Assembly: GCF_006345805.1 (NCBI RefSeq)
Contig: NW_021833655.1
Coordinates: 9,709-73,708 of the forward strand
Source: Octopus sinensis
Lineage: Eukaryota
DNA: 64,000 bases
Direction: 5' to 3'
Position 1 is the first letter of the stretch. Every line of letters starts with the position of its first letter. The notes beneath the pieces are model-generated. The model was not told the origin of the DNA. It worked only from the letters and a program-made list of their open reading frames with translations, and did no database searches. Below, one piece after another: positions 53,170-64,000 of this stretch. A program made the position numbers and the translations under genes.

Positions 53170-53300
53170 CAAGGACCTCAGACAGATAATGCCCAATAAT
53201 GCACAACAAGGACCTCAGACAGATAATGCCCAATAAGGTAGCCTTTTGCAAGACATCAATCTTGCATGAGATTTCCAGTTGCCTTATTGCTATCATTATT
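53170..53300 (-). mobile_element. 3' end of Dong/R4-like LINE ORF (RLE C-terminus)
   Basis: IDVLQKATLLGII.L resembles the LQKxxLLGTxxILRKVL terminus. There is a 30-bp direct duplication (53170-53199 and 53207-53236), and the fragment abuts (AAT)/(ATC) microsatellite. Confidence 0.55.
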
Positions 53301-53411
53301 ATTATTATTATTATTATTATTTTCGTCGTCGTCGTCGCCGCCGTTGCCATCATCATCATCATCATCATCATCATCGTTATCATCATCATCATCAACATCA
53401 TCATCATCGTT

Positions 53412-53449
<38 letters not shown>

Positions 53450-53486
53450 TATCATCATCATCATATTATTATTATTATTATTATTA

Positions 53487-53518
<32 letters not shown>

Positions 53519-53844
53519 GTTGTTGTTGTTGTGAGGATATAAATACTTCTTGAAGGGATTTTAAAGGGATGTCGGCATCCAAGTCTACCGATGAGGCGTG
53601 ATTCCTTTTTCTGTTGATTTCTAACCCTGGTGAAATCTTCAATTCACTATATTCAAAATGCATCTTTAATTTAATTTAATTTAATCTAATTATTTGTAAT
53701 TCGAATTAATTGAACATGGAAACAATTGTAGGTTATAAGAAATTGAGGTAATTCGAAATTGGATTTGTGTTAATAAATTGATGTCTATCTGTTGATTTCT
53801 CCATTTTCATTTTTCTTTGTGTGTGTGTGTGTGTGTGTGTTGTA

Positions 53845-54005
53845 GTCAGTTCAAATAAATGAATGAAAATGGACAACATGAGGATGCGCATAAGAAATGT
53901 ATCAGATTGAAAAGAGAGAGTTTGATGTTTTGAGCATAGCTCTTCATGGGAAAGGAATAAGGTAAAAGTCCAAAGAAGGAAAAGAAATCACCAACAGTAT
54001 TACAA
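53845..54005 (-). mobile_element. Short Penelope-like repeat (family P3), decayed copy 2
   Basis: Shares sequence order with 15520-15690 and has a decayed hammerhead. Confidence 0.45.
53921..53953 (-). ncRNA. Decayed minimal hammerhead-like motif
   Basis: Minus strand reads ttt-CCCATGA-A-GAGC-tat-GCTC-AAAAC-ATC-aaa. Stem II is intact but the core is mutated. The flanks are homologous to the 15505-15700 element. Confidence 0.4.
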
Positions 54006-54357
54006 TATATATATATATATAATATATATATATATTATATATAATATATGTTAGTGTGTGTGTGTGTGTGTTCTTTTGTTTACTTGTTTCAGTCATGCTG
54101 GAGCACTGCCTTTAGTCGAGAAATAAACCCCAGGACTCATTCTTTGTGAGCCTCGTACTTATTCTATCAGTTCTTTTGCCAAACCGCTAAGTTACAGGGA
54201 TATAACCGCACCAACATTGGTTGTCAAGCAATGGTGGGGGGGACCATCACAAACACAGACACACATAAATATATGCATATACATATATATATATATATAT
54301 GATGGGCTTCTTTCATTTCTGTCTATGAAATCCAATCACAAATATGTCTTTTCGTAT

Positions 54358-54424
54358 TTTCTACTGAAGAGAAGAGGAAAAAATCTATTATGAAATTAAT
54401 TCCGAAATTGCTTCAATATAGAAA
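54358..54424 (+). ncRNA. Type I hammerhead-like motif with 5-nt duplication after the core
   Basis: tttcta-CTGAAGA-(gaaga)-GGAA..TTCC-GAA-ATTG-ctt-CAAT-A-tagaaa. It has a 6-bp stem I, a 4-bp stem III and an AUA triplet. Confidence 0.7.
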
Positions 54425-54629
54425 TAATGAACTTTTTAAAAAAATTCTTTTGGACGGCTTTCCTCGCTTTAGCTCTACATGTTTTCTGTAGCGAGTAAAT
54501 AATATGTGGAAATTGACGATTTAAAAGTCTGTTATCAGCATATTGGCATAGAAATAATTTTCTTTAGCCCTTGTTTATAAGTTGTTTGTATATAATATAT
54601 GTGTGTGTGTGTGTGTATATACATATACA

Positions 54630-54676
<47 letters not shown>

Positions 54677-54877
54677 ATTATATATATATATATAATATAT
54701 ATATATATATACATATATATACATACATACATAAACACACACCCACACATATATATATTTGGGAGAGAAGATTTATATATATATCGACAGATGAGTGCAT
54801 GGATTGATGGATAAATGAATGGAAAAAGTATAGATCCACAAATAGACAGATACCTGACAGATAAGTAAATAAATAGG

Positions 54878-54921
<44 letters not shown>

Positions 54922-55052
54922 CACATACATACTAATACGTACAAACATGAAATTACACAGGGGCACTCTAAGCATTATATATATATATAACATACATACA
55001 TATATACATATATGCATACATACACATGCACCTATATACATTATATATTATA

Positions 55053-55084
<32 letters not shown>

Positions 55085-55413
55085 TGCACACACTCCTGCA
55101 TAGACCCGCATGTTCTGCCTAAATTCCTATAGAGAATATGCTGTGGTTACTGTGAAGCGACACTGCAGCCAGCTGTCGTGTGCAGCAGCAGCAGCACCGG
55201 CAGCAAAAACTACAGTAGTGCAATGCCTCCTTTTATCGATCCAACTCCTGCTATGCAGTCTATCTACGCTTGGCATGTTCATCCCGGAGTACACTGGGAC
55301 TAGTGTGCATTAGATGGGAGTATAGCGGAATGGGGATGGCAGGGGAGTGGTACAGTGCATGTATATGTGTGCGTGTGTTTGTGTGCGAATGTGTATGTAT
55401 GTTTGTGTGTGTG

Positions 55414-55444
<31 letters not shown>

Positions 55445-55985
55445 AATTTGCGAGGTGGTATGATGTGTGTCTTGCTGTGCAGCGTGCGCGCACGTGTGTC
55501 TGCGAGCCTGTGCAGTCAAGCGTGGAATCAGTGTGCTTGGTGGTGCATGCAAATGCATATGCATGTGTGTGTGCACATTTGTATGTGTGTGTATGCGTGT
55601 GTATGCGTTTTTAGTGTTGGTGCCTCAGCTTCTGTGAGCGTGGTGTATGTGCGCATGTGTGTGTGCGTATGTGTGTGCGCGCGTGTGTGTGTATACAGTG
55701 TGTTTATTTTTTAGCATTGTGACTATTTTGAGTAAACACATGCACATACGCATAAACGTACATATGTGCACAGACACACACACACACATATTTATAAATA
55801 AGTGTATGAAACGTATGCTCTCATGATGCGTGTATGCATATGTTCATGTGTATATATATGTATATATATATACATATATATACATACATATATACCTATG
55901 TGTATATATATAGATAATATATATATATATATATATATATAATAATATATATATCTATATATATATATACATCTATACATATGTG

Positions 55986-56035
<50 letters not shown>

Positions 56036-56352
56036 TATAAATATATGTGTATGTATCAAAGAGTGTTTGTTCGTTAGAACAATATCCAAAGACTGGGAAA
56101 GGAACTCATACCAGTTTATAATGAAGTATATGAGTGTGTATGTGCATGCGCGTGCATATATAATGCATATAGATGTGTAAATGTGTATAATTATGTGTAT
56201 ACATATGTATATGTGTGTCTGTATATACATATATATATGTGAATATATATGTATATGTATACATATATTTCTATATATATATATATATATATATAATATG
56301 TATATATCAATACACACAAATCTATATCTATATTTATATGTGCGTAGGTATG

Positions 56353-56387
<35 letters not shown>

Positions 56388-56542
56388 TTATATATATGCT
56401 TTCAGTGCACAAAATCAATATAAATGTAAGAATGTAAAGAATCAATACACAAACATCATATATATATATATATATATAATATATATTACCAGTAGTGCCC
56501 CTCCTAAGGTTCAATAGTATATTATATACACATATATATATG

Positions 56543-56598
<56 letters not shown>

Positions 56599-58347
56599 AA
56601 TGTATAATATATATATATATCTGCATTATATATACATATACAATATATGTATACATGTATGTGTGTATATGTATATATATATATATATATAACCACACAT
56701 ACACACATGTCTGTGTGTGTATACATATGCACACACACATACATTTTATGCACTTGTGTGGGTGGTCTGTTCTAAGTAAATTGGTTTATGTCATGCATGC
56801 ATGTATTTGTGTATATACAAATATCTGCATGTGGGCATGCATGTGTATATATATATATATATGTGTGCATGTGTGTACATGTGAATGCACATATAACTGT
56901 ATTTCCAAATTCGTATCTGGTGTGTACATGTGCATATGTTTTGCATATCTACGTATATACATGTATGTTTGTGTGTGTGTATGTGTTTGTGTATGGGTAT
57001 TTGTGTGTATATTTGTATGTGAGCCTGTGTGGGCTGCAGAACTATGATGTATTCCTTCTGTAGTGCCTGGAAATGGAGTCTGTTCCTTCTCTTGGACCAC
57101 CCACCTCCCGTTACCACTGCTAACGCCTCCGACCCCACCACTGTCAGTCTCACTCCACCCCACCATGACCATCACCAGCATCTCCACCACCCATCTATAA
57201 CTATTGCAACCACCACGACCACGACCTCTATCACCATCATCACTATCACCATCTTCACCAGCGTCAGAACCATGGCAACCACCACCACTACCAACACCAC
57301 CACAAACACTACCACCACCACCACCATCATTTCCCACTACAGCCACCACTAACTAAAAGTACCACAACCATCATAATCACCACCACTACCAACACCATCA
57401 CCATCAACACTACCGCCACCCGCCACTACCACCATCATCTCCCACTGCAGCCACTGCTAACTAAAAGTACCACAACCATCATAATCACCATCACTACCAC
57501 CACTTCTATACCGCTCTGCACCCCACCCCAACCACCTCCACCACCATCCCAACCATCGCCACCACCATCCCAACCACCACCACCACCACCCTATCACCCT
57601 TGATACCACAAAGAATTTTCTAGATTTCCAGGAGACAGATTATCAAAAAGTAGAAATATATGAATACCAAAGATAAAAAAAGACTATTTTGTTTTTCCCA
57701 TATAACAATGGACCCGATTCTTTCTTACCAATCTCACTGGTGCCTGTAAATGTTGTTGTTATTGTTGATGCTGTTGTTTAGACCCCAAGTAAACTCAGAT
57801 CAACCAGACATATGATGACTCACCTGTGACCAGGTGTGGCTGTGTGGTAAGACGTTTGCTTCTCTAACATGTGGTTCCAGGTTCAGTCCCACTATGTGGC
57901 ACTTTGGCAATGTGGTTTTTACTATAGCTCTGGGCTGGCCAAACCCTTATGAAAAGATTTCGTAGATGGAAACTGAAAGAAGCCTGTTATATATATAATC
58001 CCTTGCTCACATGCCTGTACCATTCAAGGGCTTTGATTGGTTATAACAAGATATAACTAATGAAAGTAGCATCAATTTTTTAAGTTGTTTAATTTTTCTT
58101 AACCAGTAAATGGGCTGATTTTAGGGGGTGTGCTCCCCCACCCTTGCAATCCCTGTTCCCAAACCTAAGCGCCTGTCTGTCTACTCTTCTCTCTCTCTCA
58201 CTATCTATTCCTCTATCTATCTGTTTATGTGTGTTAACATATTTCTGTGTGTGCGTCTGAGGAGAGGGAAAGTATTTGTCAATCATGTTCAGTTAATAAA
58301 CTGTAATGTCCCTCTCCCTGCTCTTTTTCTCTCTCTCTCTCTCTGTC

Positions 58348-58381
<34 letters not shown>

Positions 58382-60903
58382 CATCTGTATGTGTATACTT
58401 CTGTGCAATCATGTGCACATGCATGCATGCATGCATGCACATGTGTGTGTGTGCGTGTGTGTATGCTTCAAGTGCCAAAAAGTACTACGGCCAAAAGAGG
58501 TTCAATATTCAGGCAGCTATGCCAAAGCGCCAGCATCCAAGCAGTCACATCCAACCTTTCCATTCCAATTTTTCCCACTCCTATTTTTAAAGACAGCTAG
58601 GTGTGATTTGAGGGAGATTTGGCTTCTTTTTCTAGAGGGTTCGGATACTGGCGGTAGGCACCTTTATTTTCTCACTTAGCACCAATATATGTTTTGTAGC
58701 CAGCCTAGCTGCCATAGAAGATATCTCCCCCCCCTGCTTACCAAGAAGATTAATTTATCTGTTAGTGCAATTAAACATTGATTTGTTAATTAGCAATTCA
58801 GTTCATGAGGCTGTTTCTACTAACCGTGCTGCCTGCAGATAAATGCACAGATACACAGATAAGCATATGTAAACACTTTATACATACACATACATGCACA
58901 CGCAGGTTCAAATATACATGCATGCACACACATACACACAAACATAGACAAGACACAAACATTATAGACACACTCACACACATACACACACGCACACACA
59001 CACTCACTCACATGTGCACACGCATGCACAATTTGAGCTCTACTTGATCCTCTCACGCATCTCTATCAGTCTCTTGGTCCTTTGTTGACCACCATTCTCT
59101 TCCTTGAGCTTTACGAGTACACACACACACACACACACGCACACGCACACACACACACACATACACACACACACATACACAAGTACACACACACACATAT
59201 CTCTATCACTTACTTGATCCTTTGTTGGTGACCATCTTTTTCCTTGAACCCTACATAGATACACACACACACACACACACACACAACATACAAACATACA
59301 TATACATTCTCTCTCTCTCTCTCTCTTTCTCCCTCTCCCTCCCTCTCTCTCTCTCTTTCTCTCTCCCCTTCTCTCTCTCCCTCTCTCTCTCTCATATACA
59401 CATTCTAGCTCTTAGCATGATCCTTACACATCTTTAGCTCTTTGCCTGATCTTCTCACACCTCTACCTCTTCTGCTCCCATTTGATCTGACATACACTAC
59501 CATCTCTCTTTGATCCTTCATACACAACCATTATTTTCTTGAGCCTTACACACACACACACACACTCTCTCTCTCTTTCTCCCTCTCTCTCACATCTCCT
59601 TACCAGATCTTTCATAAGCCACCATCTCTTTCCTTAATCTTTACACAACCCTCTGCAGCTTGCCTTGATCCATCATATGCAAGCATCTTTTTCCTTGAAT
59701 CTTAAATACACACACTCTGTCTCACATATACACACACACACATGCATACACACACAAGCCTATACCCCCTCTTTTGATCTTACATACATTGTCATCTCTT
59801 CCCTTAATCGTTACTGACTCCACTGAAATTTTCCTCAAACCATCTCATTCCTTGTGCCTTACACACACACTTACTCAGAGACACAAAACTCTCACTCACA
59901 CACATACTCACACATTCACACAAACACACACACATCTCCAGCTCTTTGCTTGATCCTCACATATGAAGGGGAAAAATTTTGTACCAAGAAATAACCTTAA
60001 ATTGAATACACTTCTTCAAATTTAGTTTACTGGGCATTACAGACAGCTGGGGTGCCTTTGAAATTAGCATATAAAGTTCCCTATTTCTTATTTCAAATGA
60101 AATATCATTTTACCTTTTTAATACTATTTTGTTATATACAAATGTTATTTAGATGTAATATATTTAATTTTTGGGTACAGCACATTCAGTTTCAATACCA
60201 CCTTCTATATATTTATTTTACGATTGTTTTTGGGGGTTATTTTTGTTGATCGCAAATTCTTTGAGAAGATCAAATATAGCACTAACCGAATCTTTTGACT
60301 TACAAGAATGAAGCAACAGAACCTTATCGTATTGCAAGAGCTTTGTGAGAGACATTTCCTGAGTTAGCGTTGGATCTGGTTGAATGTAATGTTCAGATTC
60401 AGCGAAACCGCTGACCTTGTAGTGGACAGAGATAAATGACGAAACCTGATTGGTCGGTGTTGAGTGCACAACATCTATCAGGTTGCGATTGCATTGTGGG
60501 ATACTTCTTTTGATAAAAGAGGTAAAGGATCTCATTTATCTTTAGTTTTCTATTTATTGCAGTTATTGGGTTGCGGCCATGCTGGGGCACTGCCATAAAT
60601 GGTTTGGTTGAATAAATCAAGCCCAGAACATGCTTTTTTCCCCTAACACTGATACTTAGTCTATCGGTCTTCTATGCTGAATTGCTAAGTTACAGGAATG
60701 TCAACAAACCAACACCAGTTGTCAAGGTGTGTGGGAGACACACATAGATATACATACACACAGACACACACACAAACACACACAAATGCATATATACACA
60801 CAAACACAAACACACACATAGATACACACTCACACACATATAGACACAGACACACAAATGCATTTACACACACAAACACAGACAGACACTCACAGACACA
60901 CAT

Positions 60904-60934
<31 letters not shown>

Positions 60935-62104
60935 TATACATACACATATACACACACACATTGGCACATGTGTGGCTATGTGGCAAGAGGCTTTGCTTCT
61001 CAACCACTGATGAAACCTTCTTCATGGATTTGGTAGAGGGAAACTAAAAGAAACCTCATTGTGTATATGTGTGTGTGCAGACCTATGTGATGCTTTTGTG
61101 TTTGTCTCTTACCACCACTTGACAACTGGCATTGGTTTGTTTATGTCTCCATTACTTAGCAGTTCAGCAAAAGATACTGACAGAATAAGTACCTGACTTT
61201 CAGGCTTTGAAAAAAAAAAGAGCACTGCACTAAGGTTGATGTATTCGACTAAGCTTTTCGTTGCAATGCTCCAGCATGGCCACAGTTCAGTAACTGAGAT
61301 AAGTAAAAACTAAAAGACAAAAGAAAAGATGTTGATGAAAGGCTTCCACATAGTTTTCATTTACCGAATTCACATGCTAAGCATAGGTCAGCCTGGTCTA
61401 GGGCTATAGTAGAAGATACTTGCCCAAGGTACCACACAGTGGGACTGAACCCTCGGAACACATGGCTGCAAAAAGCAAGCTTCTTAACCACACAGCCATG
61501 CCTGCTGAAGAATGGCAAAAGCAAGAATGCGTATGTGTAAGTACATGCATATATGTGTATGTATGTACATGTATCTATATGTGTGGGGGGGGTGCCTCAA
61601 TGAAATATCTTTACATACAGACACATGCAAGGACACACAGACACATGTATGACACACCAGTTTTCCTTGAACTTCCATACACAGGCAACTCTGTCTTTGA
61701 TCTGTTAGCATACACCGTCACCGGCGCCATCTACCTTGATCCTTCGTACACCCCGACACTCGCGTCTTTCCCTTTGATCCATTACAAACACTTACACACT
61801 CTCCTCTCTGTTCATCTCTTCCAGAATTTAATGTGACAATATATCGCAGGATGTTCCTATTAACAATATATCAGCCTACATGCACACACACACACACGTG
61901 TTTGTGTCTGTGTGTGTACATATATATATATATATGAATATATGTGTGTGTGTCTGTGTGTGTATATATATATATATAAATATATGTGTGTGTGTATGTG
62001 TGTGTGTGTATACATATATATATGTATATACCTATGTAAATATATATGTATTTGTATGTGTACATATATGTATATGTATAAATATGTATAGTTATATACA
62101 TATA

Positions 62105-62137
<33 letters not shown>

Positions 62138-62328
62138 ATATGTATGTGTGTATATATATATATATATGTCTGTGTATATATATATATGTGTATTTATATA
62201 TATATATATATACATACTTATGTATAAATACACACACATACACAGTAGATGTATAATGCATAAATATATGCAAACACACAGACACACGCATGTATGTAGA
62301 TATATATATACACACAACAACCACACAC

Positions 62329-62360
<32 letters not shown>

Positions 62361-62787
62361 TTTATATATTATATATATATATATTATATATATAATATAT
62401 ATATATACATATATTTACATGTATATAATATATATATATTTATATGTATATATATGTGTATATACATACATATATATTGCAATATATACATAGTATATAT
62501 ATGTAATATATATATATATATATATATACTATATATATATATATAAAGTATATATCCTCCAATAAAATGTCTCATATATCTACAATGTATCTATAAATGT
62601 AACTATTGATAAACAAATCCGTTTTCAAATATATATCAACCCTATATATATGCCGATACCATCCATATATATATATATATATATTGCATATCCCTATCTC
62701 TCCACTGTCTATCACTGTATGTATCTATATATCTAACTATCATTTGTTAAAATATGTATAAGTATATCATACATATACACCAACATG

Positions 62788-62837
<50 letters not shown>

Positions 62838-63019
62838 CCCTGTGCGGTGGCACGTGAAAAGACCCACTACACTCACGGAGTGGTTGACATTAGGAAGGGC
62901 ATCCAGCTTTAGAAACACTGCCAAACCAGACTGGAGCCTCTTGCAACCCCATGGCTTACCAGAACCGGTTGAACCGTCCAACCCATGCTAGCATGGTAAA
63001 CGTACGTTAAATGATGATG

Positions 63020-63079
<60 letters not shown>

Positions 63080-63203
63080 TAATCATGGCTGCTTCATAAG
63101 GTTACCGAGGGTTTCATGCCCATAAGGTGTTTAGCTTTACATATATTGGATGGTATGGAAAAGTTCCCAGAGTAGTTATGTTTAATAAAAAATAACTTAT
63201 CTA

Positions 63204-64000
63204 TTAGGTTGTTCTGAAATTAATGGCCAATTTCAGAAAAAAATAAATCTATTTGGGAAAAATTAACACTAGAAATGTGTTGATTAGTCAAATATGAGCC
63301 GTGAACATTTATGCATCTCTGCCGTCAATCAACGAGATAATTTATGCTTCATTGATGAAAACTTATTGGCTTTGATGCTAAGAAATCTTTGAATACTGAT
63401 TCCACCTCTAGTTTGGACCTGAAAGTTTTATAACTTAAAAACTTGTTTAAATGCTTTAAAAAATTGTAGTCAATGGGGGAAAGATTAGGAGAATATGGAG
63501 GATGTGGTAAAGTCTCGTATCCCAAGTTTGTGAGTTTCTGCAGCATCATTCTTGCAACATGTGGCTTTGCATTATCATGGAGCAGACAACCAGACAGTCA
63601 CCATAATCTTTTGCTGATGCAACTTTAGCTTTGGAAAATGTTTGGGTGACTCATCACAATCAAGCCATTGACCATTTCTGGTTATCATAAAGGATCCACT
63701 TTTCATCACAAGTGACTATTCGGTCAAGAAAAGGAACATTGGTGTTTCGCAGAAAGAGCATCAAGCACACTAAAAAAAGGCCAAACCTTTTGATTTTCAT
63801 TGAGCTCATGTAGTACCCATTTATCAAGTTCTTTTTCACCTTACCAATCTTCTGCAGATTGCGTGAGACTGTTGCAATACTGACACCAAGTGCTTGAGAC
63901 ATTTCTCTGACAGTGTGACATGGGTGTTGTTCAACAATTGCTTTTATTTCTTCATTGTCAAGATTGCATGATCATCCTTGACCTTCTTCATCTTCAAGGC
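63204..64000 (-). mobile_element. Mariner (DD34D) transposon, decayed, truncated by window end
   Basis: Motifs are RIVTCDEKWILYDN, LLHDNAKPH, HPPYSPNLSPIDY and a C-terminal RCINVHGSY. There are frameshifts and an internal deletion between MVTVW and LLHDN. A TA plus TIR (ttaggttgttctgaaattaatggccaattt) starts at 63202. Confidence 0.9.

Overview
This is repeat-saturated eukaryotic DNA, AT-rich and full of (TA)n, (CA)n, (GA)n, (ATG)n, (AAC)n and (GGT)n microsatellites. The SINE repertoire resembles that of Octopus (coleoid cephalopod); this is an inference from recognised repeat types, not a database match. No convincing cellular protein-coding gene is present, and almost all ORF-track entries are microsatellite read-through. 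Recognisable coding remnants are all from transposons: Dong/R4-like LINE (9.1-9.9 kb and 53.2 kb), CR1 3' end (30.7-31.3 kb), Penelope-like GIY-YIG C-termini (46.8-47.2 kb) and a mariner transposase pseudogene (63.2-64 kb). The window also holds at least five SINE families, hAT, piggyBac-type and mariner MITEs, and an intact non-autonomous Helitron. The most notable signal is eight type I hammerhead-ribozyme-like motifs from at least four short Penelope-like repeat families. They include an inverted double-hammerhead hairpin (37.87-38.21 kb), a motif with a palindromic helix III, and a family with a CUGU(C/U)GA core variant. Other oddities are a 235-bp local templated insertion, a 14-bp-phased E-box array, a 213-bp palindrome and several unique non-repeat islands that may be regulatory.
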